A stretch of DNA of 64,000 bases from Escherichia coli (GTDB lineage: Bacteria; Pseudomonadota; Gammaproteobacteria; Enterobacterales; Enterobacteriaceae). The position numbers were made by a program, and so were the translations under genes. Location of the stretch: assembly GCF_003334785.1 (NCBI RefSeq), contig NZ_QOWV01000004.1. One strand, given 5' to 3'. Below are positions 1 through 12,379 of the stretch, one piece after another. Positions within the stretch are counted from its first letter, which is position 1. Each line of letters opens with the position of its first letter. The notes beneath the pieces were generated by a model that searched no databases, was not told the DNA's origin, and saw only the letters and a program-made list of their open reading frames with translations.

Positions 1-383
1 CAAAAACAGTAGCATGAAACGTCATTACCAATTAAGGCAGTATAAAATGCTGGTTTTGTCGTCAGTTCAAGGCAGGATAAGGGTTAACACACCTTTATGA
101 CAGTCAGGAATTGACTGTTTCTCTAACGACTTCCCTTTTAGCCTTAAAGATAAAATCCATTTTAATTTCAGTCATTTAATAAAGAATTTTGCGCTAAAGC
201 ACATTTCTGTACCAATAAGCTTGCCATTTGACCTGTATCAGCTTTCCCGATAAGTTGGAAATCCGCTGGAAGCTTTCTGGATGAGCAGCCTGCTCATCAT
301 ATTTATGCAGTAATTGAGATCCCCTCTTCACCGTATTAACCGATGCGAAAAGGACAACAAGGGGGCGAATGCGAGGCGCGCGT

Positions 384-3300
384 ATGACACGCAAACCCCG
401 TCGCCACGCTCTTTCTGTGCCCGTGCGCAGCGGTTCGGAAGTGGGGTTCCCGCAGAGCCTGGGGGAGGTTCACGATATGTTGTACGATAAATCCCTTGAG
501 AGGGATAACTGTGGTTTCGGCCTGATCGCCCACATAGAAGGCGAACCTAGCCACAAGGTAGTGCGTACTGCAATACACGCACTGGCCCGCATGCAGCACC
601 GTGGCGCGATTCTCGCCGATGGTAAAACCGGCGACGGTTGCGGCTTGCTGTTACAAAAACCGGATCGCTTTTTTCGCATCGTTGCGCAGGAGCGCGGCTG
701 GCGTTTAGCAAAAAACTACGCTGTCGGGATGCTCTTCCTGAATAAAGATCCTGAACTCGCCGCTGCCGCACGCCGCATCGTTGAAGAAGAACTGCAACGC
801 GAAACCTTGTCGATTGTGGGCTGGCGTGATGTCCCCACTAACGAAGGCGTGCTGGGTGAAATCGCCCTCTCCTCTCTGCCACGCATTGAGCAAATTTTTG
901 TGAACGCCCCGGCAGGCTGGCGTCCACGCGATATGGAGCGCCGTCTGTTTATCGCCCGCCGCCGCATTGAAAAGCGTCTCGAAGCCGACAAAGACTTCTA
1001 CGTCTGTAGCCTGTCGAATCTGGTGAACATCTATAAAGGTCTGTGTATGCCGACGGATCTGCCGCGCTTTTATCTGGATCTTGCGGACCTGCGTCTGGAA
1101 TCGGCCATTTGCCTGTTCCACCAGCGCTTCTCCACTAACACCGTACCGCGCTGGCCGCTGGCGCAACCGTTCCGCTATCTGGCGCATAACGGTGAAATCA
1201 ACACCATCACCGGTAACCGCCAATGGGCGCGTGCGCGTACTTATAAATTCCAGACACCGCTTATCCCTGACCTGCACGACGCCGCACCGTTCGTCAACGA
1301 AACCGGCTCTGACTCCAGTTCGATGGATAACATGCTGGAACTGCTGCTGGCAGGCGGGATGGATATCATCCGCGCCATGCGTCTATTAGTACCACCCGCC
1401 TGGCAGAACAACCCGGATATGGACCCGGAACTGCGTGCCTTCTTTGACTTTAACTCCATGCATATGGAGCCGTGGGATGGCCCGGCGGGCATCGTGATGT
1501 CCGACGGTCGTTTTGCCGCCTGTAACCTCGACCGTAACGGTCTGCGTCCGGCGCGCTACGTCATCACCAAAGATAAGCTCATCACCTGCGCCTCTGAAGT
1601 CGGTATCTGGGATTACCAGCCTGACGAAGTGGTCGAAAAAGGCCGCGTCGGGCCAGGCGAACTGATGGTTATCGACACCCGCAGTGGGCGTATTCTGCAC
1701 TCGGCAGAAACCGATGACGATCTGAAAAGCCGCCATCCATATAAAGAGTGGATGGAGAAAAACGTCCGCCGACTGGTACCGTTTGAAGATCTGCCCGATG
1801 AAGAAGTGGGTAGCCGCGAACTGGACGACGACACGCTTGCCAGCTACCAGAAACAGTTTAACTACAGCGCGGAAGAGCTGGACTCCGTAATTCGCGTACT
1901 GGGCGAAAACGGTCAGGAAGCGGTCGGTTCGATGGGCGATGATACCCCATTCGCCGTGCTCTCCAGTCAGCCGCGCATTATTTACGACTACTTCCGCCAG
2001 CAGTTTGCCCAGGTGACTAACCCGCCAATCGACCCGCTGCGTGAAGCGCATGTTATGTCGCTCGCCACCAGTATCGGTCGTGAAATGAACGTCTTTTGCG
2101 AAGCAGAGGGCCAGGCGCACCGTTTAAGCTTTAAATCGCCGATTCTGCTCTACTCCGATTTCAAACAGCTCACGACGATGAAAGAGGAGCACTACCGCGC
2201 AGATACGCTGGATATCACCTTTGACGTCACTAAAACCACGCTCGAAGCGACAGTCAAAGAGCTGTGCGACAAAGCCGAAAAAATGGTACGTAGCGGCACC
2301 GTGCTGCTGGTGCTCTCCGACCGGAATATCGCTAAAGATCGCCTGCCGGTTCCAGCCCCGATGGCGGTTGGCGCGATCCAGACCCGTCTGGTCGATCAAA
2401 GCCTGCGTTGCGATGCCAACATCATCGTCGAAACCGCCAGCGCCCGCGATCCGCACCACTTCGCCGTGTTGCTGGGCTTCGGCGCGACGGCTATTTATCC
2501 ATACCTTGCCTATGAAACGCTGGGCCGCCTGGTAGACACCCATGCGATTGCCAAAGATTATCGTACCGTGATGCTCAACTACCGTAACGGCATCAACAAA
2601 GGCTTGTACAAAATCATGTCCAAAATGGGCATCTCCACCATCGCCTCTTACCGCTGCTCGAAACTGTTTGAAGCGGTCGGTCTACACGATGATGTAGTGG
2701 GCCTGTGCTTCCAGGGGGCGGTCAGCCGCATTGGTGGAGCAAGCTTTGAAGACTTCCAGCAGGATCTGCTGAATCTGTCGAAACGTGCCTGGCTGGCGCG
2801 TAAGCCCATCAGCCAGGGCGGTCTGCTGAAATACGTCCACGGCGGCGAATACCACGCCTACAACCCGGACGTGGTGCGCACGCTGCAACAAGCGGTACAA
2901 AGCGGCGAGTACAGCGACTATCAGGAATACGCGAAGCTGGTTAATGAGCGTCCGGCAACCACGCTGCGCGATCTGCTGGCAATTACGCCGGGTGAAAACG
3001 CGGTCAACATTGCTGATGTTGAACCGGCAAGCGAACTGTTTAAACGCTTTGATACCGCCGCGATGTCTATCGGCGCGTTAAGCCCGGAAGCCCACGAGGC
3101 GCTGGCGGAAGCGATGAACAGCATCGGCGGTAATTCGAACTCCGGTGAAGGCGGCGAAGACCCGGCGCGCTACGGCACCAACAAAGTGTCGCGCATCAAG
3201 CAGGTGGCTTCCGGTCGCTTTGGGGTTACTCCGGCGTATCTGGTCAATGCCGACGTCATTCAGATTAAAGTCGCCCAGGGCGCGAAGCCAGGCGAAGGCG

Positions 3301-4937
3301 GTCAGTTGCCGGGTGATAAAGTCACGCCTTACATCGCCAAACTGCGCTATTCGGTGCCCGGAGTGACGCTGATCTCCCCGCCGCCGCACCACGATATCTA
3401 CTCTATCGAGGACTTAGCGCAGCTCATTTTCGACCTCAAGCAGGTTAACCCGAAAGCGATGATCTCCGTGAAGCTGGTTTCCGAACCGGGAGTAGGCACC
3501 ATCGCGACTGGCGTGGCAAAAGCTTATGCGGACTTGATCACCATCGCAGGCTATGACGGCGGCACCGGCGCAAGTCCGCTTTCATCGGTGAAATACGCAG
3601 GCTGTCCGTGGGAGCTGGGGCTTGTTGAAACCCAGCAGGCGCTGGTTGCTAACGGCTTGCGTCACAAGATCCGTTTGCAGGTCGATGGCGGCCTGAAAAC
3701 GGGTGTCGATATCATCAAGGCGGCGATTCTCGGCGCAGAAAGCTTCGGCTTCGGCACTGGCCCGATGGTGGCGCTCGGCTGTAAATATCTACGTATTTGC
3801 CATCTGAACAACTGCGCAACGGGTGTAGCAACTCAGGATGACAAACTGCGTAAGAACCACTATCACGGCCTGCCATTCAAGGTGACGAATTACTTTGAGT
3901 TTATCGCCCGTGAAACCCGCGAGCTGATGGCACAGCTTGGCGTAACACGTCTGGTGGATCTGATTGGTCGCACCGACCTGCTGAAAGAGCTGGACGGTTT
4001 CACCGCCAAACAGCAGAAGCTGGCGCTGTCGAAGCTGCTGGAGACTGCCGAACCGCATCCAGGTAAGGCACTCTACTGCACCGAAAACAACCCGCCGTTT
4101 GATAACGGCCTGCTGAACGCGCAGTTGCTGCAACAGGCGAAACCGTTTGTCGATGAGCGCCAGAGCAAAACCTTCTGGTTCGATATTCGCAACACCGACC
4201 GTTCTGTCGGCGCGTCGCTTTCAGGCTATATCGCCCAGACGCACGGCGATCAGGGGCTGGCAGCCGATCCTATCAAAGCGTACTTCAACGGCACCGCAGG
4301 CCAGAGCTTCGGCGTGTGGAACGCGGGCGGCGTGGAACTGTACCTGACCGGTGATGCCAACGACTATGTCGGTAAAGGCATGGCGGGCGGCTTAATCGCC
4401 ATTCGTCCTCCGGTTGGTTCCGCCTTCCGCAGCCATGAAGCAAGCATTATCGGCAACACCTGCCTGTATGGCGCGACCGGTGGTCGTCTGTATGCCGCAG
4501 GCCGCGCGGGTGAACGTTTCGGCGTGCGTAACTCCGGTGCTATCACCGTGGTAGAAGGCATTGGCGACAACGGTTGTGAATATATGACGGGTGGTATCGT
4601 CTGCATTCTGGGTAAAACCGGCGTTAACTTCGGTGCGGGCATGACCGGCGGTTTCGCTTACGTTCTCGATGAAAGCGGCGATTTCCGCAAACGCGTTAAC
4701 CCGGAACTGGTCGAGGTCTTAAGCGTTGACGCTCTGGCGATCCATGAAGAGCATCTGCGTGGTCTTATCACCGAGCATGTGCAGCATACCGGCTCTCAGC
4801 GCGGTGAAGAGATTCTGGCGAACTGGTCAACCTTCGCCACTAAATTTGCGCTGGTTAAACCGAAGTCCAGTGATGTAAAAGCACTGCTGGGTCACCGTAG
4901 TCGTAGCGCAGCTGAGTTGCGCGTGCAGGCGCAGTAA
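384..4937 (+). CDS. gltB: Glutamate synthase (NADPH) large subunit, 1517 aa
   Basis: ORF 369..4937; ATG at 384 (MTRKPRR...) preceded by GAGG; Ntn-amidotransferase N-terminus, FMN and 4Fe-4S regions recognised in translation. Confidence 0.95.
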   Translation: MTRKPRRHALSVPVRSGSEVGFPQSLGEVHDMLYDKSLERDNCGFGLIAHIEGEPSHKVVRTAIHALARMQHRGAILADGKTGDGCGLLLQKPDRFFRIVAQERGWRLAKNYAVGMLFLNKDPELAAAARRIVEEELQRETLSIVGWRDVPTNEGVLGEIALSSLPRIEQIFVNAPAGWRPRDMERRLFIARRRIEKRLEADKDFYVCSLSNLVNIYKGLCMPTDLPRFYLDLADLRLESAICLFHQRFSTNTVPRWPLAQPFRYLAHNGEINTITGNRQWARARTYKFQTPLIPDLHDAAPFVNETGSDSSSMDNMLELLLAGGMDIIRAMRLLVPPAWQNNPDMDPELRAFFDFNSMHMEPWDGPAGIVMSDGRFAACNLDRNGLRPARYVITKDKLITCASEVGIWDYQPDEVVEKGRVGPGELMVIDTRSGRILHSAETDDDLKSRHPYKEWMEKNVRRLVPFEDLPDEEVGSRELDDDTLASYQKQFNYSAEELDSVIRVLGENGQEAVGSMGDDTPFAVLSSQPRIIYDYFRQQFAQVTNPPIDPLREAHVMSLATSIGREMNVFCEAEGQAHRLSFKSPILLYSDFKQLTTMKEEHYRADTLDITFDVTKTTLEATVKELCDKAEKMVRSGTVLLVLSDRNIAKDRLPVPAPMAVGAIQTRLVDQSLRCDANIIVETASARDPHHFAVLLGFGATAIYPYLAYETLGRLVDTHAIAKDYRTVMLNYRNGINKGLYKIMSKMGISTIASYRCSKLFEAVGLHDDVVGLCFQGAVSRIGGASFEDFQQDLLNLSKRAWLARKPISQGGLLKYVHGGEYHAYNPDVVRTLQQAVQSGEYSDYQEYAKLVNERPATTLRDLLAITPGENAVNIADVEPASELFKRFDTAAMSIGALSPEAHEALAEAMNSIGGNSNSGEGGEDPARYGTNKVSRIKQVASGRFGVTPAYLVNADVIQIKVAQGAKPGEGGQLPGDKVTPYIAKLRYSVPGVTLISPPPHHDIYSIEDLAQLIFDLKQVNPKAMISVKLVSEPGVGTIATGVAKAYADLITIAGYDGGTGASPLSSVKYAGCPWELGLVETQQALVANGLRHKIRLQVDGGLKTGVDIIKAAILGAESFGFGTGPMVALGCKYLRICHLNNCATGVATQDDKLRKNHYHGLPFKVTNYFEFIARETRELMAQLGVTRLVDLIGRTDLLKELDGFTAKQQKLALSKLLETAEPHPGKALYCTENNPPFDNGLLNAQLLQQAKPFVDERQSKTFWFDIRNTDRSVGASLSGYIAQTHGDQGLAADPIKAYFNGTAGQSFGVWNAGGVELYLTGDANDYVGKGMAGGLIAIRPPVGSAFRSHEASIIGNTCLYGATGGRLYAAGRAGERFGVRNSGAITVVEGIGDNGCEYMTGGIVCILGKTGVNFGAGMTGGFAYVLDESGDFRKRVNPELVEVLSVDALAIHEEHLRGLITEHVQHTGSQRGEEILANWSTFATKFALVKPKSSDVKALLGHRSRSAAELRVQAQ

Positions 4938-6368
<1,431 letters not shown>

Positions 6369-6383
6369 GCGAGGTAACAATGA

Positions 6384-6408
6384 ATTCGCCAGACTGTGTC
6401 TGGCGAAT
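6384..6408. repeat. 25-bp palindrome attcgccagac-tgt-gtctggcgaat, 16 bp after gltD stop
   Basis: Perfect 11-bp inverted arms read directly; same family as the copies in and after yhcG. Confidence 0.6.
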
Positions 6409-6927
6409 CAAATTACTGACGAAGTGCGCGTTGTTTTCTGGCAAATGCGGCATGAGCGTTTGACCTTTCCTATAATAGGGATAATTTTCAATAAATTGTG
6501 CTTTGTTCACCAAGTCTGATGAGTGAAGCACATCAAGCAATTTCTCATTTACAATCCGTCTCAATTACTTGTTAACACCTCTGACAATACCGATTCTGCA
6601 AGCTATTCAGTCTTTTCATTCCATGTAAATTGTCTCGATATTAATATACAAAATATGAATATAAAAAACCAATATATTATCCTTAATTATCTATATATTT
6701 TCCTATTTTTCAGCGCAAACATTCATGTAATGAATAATTATCACCACAAACCACCTCACCAGCACCTTATTATTCACATGATCGTAACTATAAAATTCAT
6801 TAAATAAATACATCCCAGCAAGTTGGCTATTTCTGAACGAGTTATTTATTTACATTCACAAACAGATATATATACTGCTTCAGCTTTTTATTTTAAAAAA
6901 TAAATTTGTTATTAAGGATATGTTCAT

Positions 6928-7692
6928 ATGTTTTTCAAAAAGAACCTCACAACAGCTGCTATTTGTGCAGCACTTTCTGTTGCAGCATTCAGTGCCATGG
7001 CAACAGATTCAACTGATACAGAATTAACTATCATCGGCGAGTATACCCCTGGTGCATGTACCCCAGTTGTTACGGGCGGCGGCATTGTTGACTATGGGAA
7101 ACATCATAACAGTGCGCTGAATCCGACCGGTAAAAGTAATAAACTGGTTCAACTGGGCCGCAAAAACAGCACATTAAATATAACCTGCACAGCACCAACG
7201 CTAATTGCTGTAACCTCCAAGGATAACCGTCAGTCGACCATTGTAGCGTTAAACGACACATCCTATATTGAAAAAGCTTATGATACTCTCGTAGATATGA
7301 AGGGAACGAAAAACGCCTTTGGTTTAGGTTCTGCGCCTAATGGACAAAAAATTGGCGCTGCATCCATTGGTATTGACAGGTCTAATGGTGGGATTCACGC
7401 GGCGGACGATACAGGTGAAATTCCTGTCGACCTGATTCAAACTGACCACTGGTCAGCAGCGACCCCCACATGGAAAGCCTCATCTAATGGCGCATTCTGC
7501 TCGCTGACAAGTTGCTCAGCAATCGAGCGCGGTTATTCTGTTGCAAAAACAGGGGAACTGACACCTGTTGCCATTACAGCGGTCACCTTCCCGTTACTGA
7601 TTGATGCTGCGGTAAATGACAATACTATTCTTGGTTCTGATGAAACGATCAAACTGGATGGTAACGTCACTATCAGCGTTCAGTATTTATAA
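6928..7692 (+). CDS. gltF: Periplasmic DUF1120-type fimbrial-like protein, 254 aa, signal peptide
   Basis: ORF 6928..7692; N-terminal signal peptide; paralogous to downstream YhcE/YhcF (shared ACTP..GG.V.YG and C-terminal LDGxxxISVxYL). Confidence 0.85.
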   Translation: MFFKKNLTTAAICAALSVAAFSAMATDSTDTELTIIGEYTPGACTPVVTGGGIVDYGKHHNSALNPTGKSNKLVQLGRKNSTLNITCTAPTLIAVTSKDNRQSTIVALNDTSYIEKAYDTLVDMKGTKNAFGLGSAPNGQKIGAASIGIDRSNGGIHAADDTGEIPVDLIQTDHWSAATPTWKASSNGAFCSLTSCSAIERGYSVAKTGELTPVAITAVTFPLLIDAAVNDNTILGSDETIKLDGNVTISVQYL

Positions 7693-7863
7693 GAACTTGT
7701 AATACAGTTTTTATTTTTACGCATTAACCAGTTAGCTATAACTCGGACAGATTATGCCCTATGACATGGTCTGTCTTAATCAATCTCATCGCAAACAGTG
7801 CATAACATATATTAACAATATGTTTCTGCGTTATTTATCATTATTACAGGAGTTTTAATTTAA

Positions 7864-8538
7864 ATGCTCAGACACATTACATTCACTGTATTTATAACAA
7901 CATCAATGAATACCTTAGCCACAGGGATGGTTCCTGAAACATCAGTATTGCTGGTTGATGAAAAGCGTGGTGAAGCTAGTATTAATATTAAGAATACAGA
8001 TGATCATCCTTCATTGCTTTACACCACCATTGTTGATTTGCCTGAAAGCAATAAATCAATTCGTTTAATCCCGACTCAGCCCGTTATTCGTGTTGAAGCC
8101 GGTCAAGTACAACAGGTTCGATTTTTACTTCAGGCGACTGTTCCTCTGCAATCAGAAGAGCTGAAACGCGTAACGTTCGAAGGTATTCCACCAAAAGATG
8201 ACAAGAGCAGCAGAGTTACTGTTTCAATTCGTCAGGATCTACCTGTACTGATCCACCCGGCTTCCCTGCCGGAAGAGCGAGAGACCTGGAAATTCCTGGA
8301 ATGGCGTAAAAATGGCGACCAAATTGAGATTAGCAACCCCAGTAATTATGTCGTTCGTATGACCTTACAATTTAAAACGCTCCCTTCAGGAAAAACGGGG
8401 GCTATAAATAAGACCTATTTTCTACCACACACCAGTACAACTACTGCATTAACAAACGCTACGGATACAAAAGTCGAGTTTTACCCAGCCAGCCGATATG
8501 GTTATCGCGGTAATAAATATGTCACTGACTTAAAATAA
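7864..8538 (+). CDS. yhcA: Fimbrial periplasmic chaperone (PapD-like), 224 aa
   Basis: ORF 7864..8538; signal peptide; chaperone-like fold recalled for YhcA. Confidence 0.85.
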   Translation: MLRHITFTVFITTSMNTLATGMVPETSVLLVDEKRGEASINIKNTDDHPSLLYTTIVDLPESNKSIRLIPTQPVIRVEAGQVQQVRFLLQATVPLQSEELKRVTFEGIPPKDDKSSRVTVSIRQDLPVLIHPASLPEERETWKFLEWRKNGDQIEISNPSNYVVRMTLQFKTLPSGKTGAINKTYFLPHTSTTTALTNATDTKVEFYPASRYGYRGNKYVTDLK

Positions 8539-8558
8539 CTTTGCCTGGAGCGACAAGG

Positions 8559-10940
8559 ATGTTAAAAAAAACGTTACTGGCCTACACCATTGGTTTTGCC
8601 TTTTCTCCCCCAGCCAATGCAGATGGTATAGAGATTGCCGCTGTTGATTTTGATCGGGAAACATTAAAATCACTAGGTGTAGATCCTAATATATCGCATT
8701 ATTTTTCCCGTTCAGCCCGTTTTTTGCCAGGTGAATATTCACTGATAGTATCAGTAAATGGCGAAAAAAAAGGCAACATTGCTACGCGCTTTGATGAAAA
8801 TGGCGACATTTGTCTTGATCAGGCATTTCTGCAACAAGCCGGTTTAAAAATTCCTTCTGAAGAAAAAAATGGCTGTTACGACTATATATTGTCCTACCCG
8901 GGTACCACAATCACACCATTACCTAACCAGGAAGCGTTAGATATTATCGTTTCACCACAGGCGATCATTCCCATAGGGTTGGATCTCACAAACGCAGCAA
9001 CTGGTGGAACAGCTGCGCTGCTAAACTACTCTCTGATGAGCAGCCGTGCAGAATTTTCTAATGGGAGTTCGGACTACTCCCAGGCTGCACTTGAAGGCGG
9101 GATTAATATTAATGACTGGATGTTACGCAGCCATCAGTTCCTTACACAAACAAATGGCACATTCAGTAACCAGAACTCGTCAACCTACCTTCAACGTACC
9201 TTTACAGATCTTAAAACACTCATGCGAGCAGGTGAAGTTAACCTCAATAATAGCGTGTTGGAAGGAGCCAGTATTTACGGTATCGAAATCGCACCGGACA
9301 ACGCATTGCAAACCAGCGGCAATGGTGTGCAAGTTACTGGTATAGCCAACACCTCTCAGGCTCGTGTCGAGATTCGTCAACAAGGAGTTTTAATTCATTC
9401 CATTCTGGTTCCTGCGGGCGCATTCACTATCCCTGATGTACCTGTTCGCAATGGTAATAGTGATCTTAATGTCACCGTTGTCGAAACAGACGGTAGTTCG
9501 CACAACTATATTGTTCCCTCCACCCTGTTTAATCAGCATGTAGAAAGCTTCCAGGGTTATCGCTTCGCGATAGGGCGGGTAGACGATGACTATGACGAAT
9601 CACCTTGGGTAATTAGTGCATCGAGCGGATGGAATCTGACACGCTGGAGTGCAATGAACGGCGGCGTTATCGTAGCAGAAAATTATCAGGCGGCATCAAT
9701 CCGGTCGAGTCTGGTTCCCCTGCCCGATTTAACAGTGAGCAGCCAAATTAGTACATCGCAGGATACGAAAGACTCACTGCAAGGACAGAAATATCGTCTT
9801 GACGCGAACTACAATCTCCCATTTTCACTTGGGCTAACAACCAGCCTCACTCGATCTGATCGCCATTATCGCGAACTGTCTGAAGCGATTGATGATGATT
9901 ATACCGATCCGACTAAAAGCACTTATGCGCTTGGTTTAAACTGGTCTAACTCCATTCTGGGTGGTTTCAACATCAGTGGCTATAAAACATATAGTTACGA
10001 CGGTGACAATGACTCAAGCAACCTTAATATTAACTGGAACAAAGCGTTCAAACACGCCACGGTTTCCGTCAACTGGCAGCATCAACTTAGTGCTTCAGAA
10101 AATAATGAAGACGATGGTGATCTGTTCTACGTCAACATCAGTATTCCATTTGGCAGATCAAACACCGCCACACTGTATACTCGCCATGACGATCATAAAA
10201 CCCACTATGGTACTGGTGTCATGGGAGTCGTCTCAGATGAGATGTCCTACTATGTGAATGCTGAACGAGATCACGACGAACGTGAAACGAGCTTGAACGG
10301 CAGTATCAGTTCCAATCTCCATTACACCCAAGTCAGCCTTGCCGCAGGAGCAAGCGGCAGTGATAGCCGTACTTACAACGGTACGATGTCAGGTGGTATT
10401 GCCGTACATGATCAGGGAGTGACCTTTTCACCGTGGACTATCAATGACACTTTCGCCATCGCAAAAATGGATAACAATATTGCAGGTGTCAGAATTACAT
10501 CTCAGGCAGGCCCAGTATGGACAGATTTTCGGGGTAATGCCGTCATTCCATCAATCCAGCCGTGGCGAACATCAGGAGTTGAGATCGATACCGCCAGCTT
10601 GCCAAAAAATGTCGATATCGGTAACGGCACAAAAATGATCAAACAAGGCCGTGGTGCAGTAGGGAAAGTCGGATTCAGTGCGATAACACAACGCCGTGCA
10701 TTACTCAATATCACACTTTCCGACGGCAAAAAACTGCCCAGAGGCGTTGCGATTGAAGATAGTGAAGGCAACTATCTGACAACATCAGTGGATGACGGTG
10801 TTGTATTCCTCAATAACATCAAACCGGACATGGTGCTAGATATAAAAGATGAGCAGCAATCATGCCGTATTCACCTTACATTCCCAGAAGATGCACCAAA
10901 AGATGTGTTCTATGAGACAGCAACAGGAGAGTGCCAATGA
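8559..10940 (+). CDS. yhcD: Outer-membrane fimbrial usher, 793 aa
   Basis: ORF 8541..10940 (TTG); ATG at 8559 after AAGGA gives MLKKTLLAYTIGFAF...; usher size; C-terminal Cys pair. Confidence 0.85.
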   Translation: MLKKTLLAYTIGFAFSPPANADGIEIAAVDFDRETLKSLGVDPNISHYFSRSARFLPGEYSLIVSVNGEKKGNIATRFDENGDICLDQAFLQQAGLKIPSEEKNGCYDYILSYPGTTITPLPNQEALDIIVSPQAIIPIGLDLTNAATGGTAALLNYSLMSSRAEFSNGSSDYSQAALEGGININDWMLRSHQFLTQTNGTFSNQNSSTYLQRTFTDLKTLMRAGEVNLNNSVLEGASIYGIEIAPDNALQTSGNGVQVTGIANTSQARVEIRQQGVLIHSILVPAGAFTIPDVPVRNGNSDLNVTVVETDGSSHNYIVPSTLFNQHVESFQGYRFAIGRVDDDYDESPWVISASSGWNLTRWSAMNGGVIVAENYQAASIRSSLVPLPDLTVSSQISTSQDTKDSLQGQKYRLDANYNLPFSLGLTTSLTRSDRHYRELSEAIDDDYTDPTKSTYALGLNWSNSILGGFNISGYKTYSYDGDNDSSNLNINWNKAFKHATVSVNWQHQLSASENNEDDGDLFYVNISIPFGRSNTATLYTRHDDHKTHYGTGVMGVVSDEMSYYVNAERDHDERETSLNGSISSNLHYTQVSLAAGASGSDSRTYNGTMSGGIAVHDQGVTFSPWTINDTFAIAKMDNNIAGVRITSQAGPVWTDFRGNAVIPSIQPWRTSGVEIDTASLPKNVDIGNGTKMIKQGRGAVGKVGFSAITQRRALLNITLSDGKKLPRGVAIEDSEGNYLTTSVDDGVVFLNNIKPDMVLDIKDEQQSCRIHLTFPEDAPKDVFYETATGECQ

Positions 10941-11482
10941 AACGGATAATAACAGGATGCCTGCTGCTGAACTTCGCCATGGCCGCTCAGGCAGAGTGTA
11001 ATATCTCCAGTAGCATACAAAATATCGACTATGGCAAACGAAGTGCTGCCATGCGCCAAGTTGACCGGGGTAAAACAACACAATTAGCAGACAGAACAAT
11101 CACGCTGGTAATGCAATGCGATCAGGACGCTCATATTCGTGTTCAGTTGAATACCGCTAATATTTCCAACAACGGATTTGGATTTGGCCCGAATGGTTCA
11201 TTAAATCTGATCGCCAGCGATGCATTTTCAGGTAGTAACAATCTCGACCTGGCGTTAGCCAGTGGCAAAAATGACAATCCGGGCAGCACAGGAACAGCAT
11301 CAATTAGTACTTCCCCCAATAATTGGCTGGTGTTTATGCAAAATGGTCAAGAAGTGGTAATTGATAGCGGTAAAAGCGTTAGCCTCACACTGACAATGGC
11401 TCCAGCTTTTAAGGATGAAGGGGAACTAACCGACATGACAGATATTACAGGCAATCTGACGGTCCTGGTGGAGGCAAAATGA
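10937..11482 (+). CDS. yhcE: DUF1120-type fimbrial-like protein, uninterrupted, about 181 aa
   Basis: ORF 10931..11482 (GTG); ATG at 10937 overlaps yhcD stop (ATGA); signal peptide; paralog of GltF/YhcF. Confidence 0.7.
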   Translation: MKRIITGCLLLNFAMAAQAECNISSSIQNIDYGKRSAAMRQVDRGKTTQLADRTITLVMQCDQDAHIRVQLNTANISNNGFGFGPNGSLNLIASDAFSGSNNLDLALASGKNDNPGSTGTASISTSPNNWLVFMQNGQEVVIDSGKSVSLTLTMAPAFKDEGELTDMTDITGNLTVLVEAK

Positions 11483-12195
11483 ACAATGTAAAATTACTGA
11501 TTGCCGGAAGTGCCTTTTTTGCCATGTCAGCGCAAGCCGCTGATAGAGTATCAATTGACGTTAAGGTGACTCTGGAAGCTGCAGCTTGTACTCCAATACT
11601 AAGCAACGGCGGAGTTGTTAACTTCGGTAGTCATTCAGTCAATAGACTTTCAACGCAGCACTACACACAGATTGGAACACGTAATATTAATATGACTATA
11701 ACTTGCGAATCCGCTACCGGCATTGCGATTACCGCTCGTGATACACGAATGGATAGTATGACCACCGGAAAAGATAGTGGGGGTCAGAGTGGTGTAAAAT
11801 ATACCTTAAATGGCGGAGGTTATATTAGCCAGACAACGCGCTTATTCGGCTTAGGGAAAACAAAAGATAATAAAAATATCGGTAGTTATGCCGTGTTAAT
11901 TGATAGCAACAACATTAGTGCCAGCAATGGTAGCCAGACGTTAGCTGTATCAATAGCAGGTGCAGATGCCGTCATAACAGGGCAAAAAAGAGCATGGCAA
12001 ACGCTCACCGCTTATCCGCTTGCAGTCGATCAAAGCTATTATTACACCTTTGTAAAACCAGGTGAAACAACCCCAACTCCTGTAACGAACGCCATTATAC
12101 CGCTTCAGGTGAGCGCATCTATCGCGAATGATTTAGGCGGTTCAGAAAAAATCGAACTTGATGGGAAAGCTGTGATAAGCGTAGTCTACTTGTGA
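11479..12195 (+). CDS. yhcF: DUF1120-type fimbrial-like protein, 238 aa
   Basis: ORF 11479..12195; ATGA overlap with yhcE stop; signal peptide; C-terminus LDGKAVISVVYL resembles GltF. Confidence 0.8.
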   Translation: MNNVKLLIAGSAFFAMSAQAADRVSIDVKVTLEAAACTPILSNGGVVNFGSHSVNRLSTQHYTQIGTRNINMTITCESATGIAITARDTRMDSMTTGKDSGGQSGVKYTLNGGGYISQTTRLFGLGKTKDNKNIGSYAVLIDSNNISASNGSQTLAVSIAGADAVITGQKRAWQTLTAYPLAVDQSYYYTFVKPGETTPTPVTNAIIPLQVSASIANDLGGSEKIELDGKAVISVVYL

Positions 12196-12379
12196 TAACA
12201 ATGCCGGACAGGAGTACTATCAGGCATTCGTTTTATACGATCGGTTAATGTTTCAGGAAAGCTCTTCGCATATCTTGGGGAAAGTAAATGTAATACGCTG
12301 TTCTTAATTGTTCAGTGCTCACCCCCCAGAGTATAGCTCATTCCATTATTCAACTTAGCTCCATATAAAGGGACAGATA

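Noticed and set aside
705-2120. Long minus-strand ORFs (190 aa and 244 aa) inside gltB
   Set aside because: Antisense to a highly conserved gene in GC-rich sequence; no independent start context; classic shadow ORFs.
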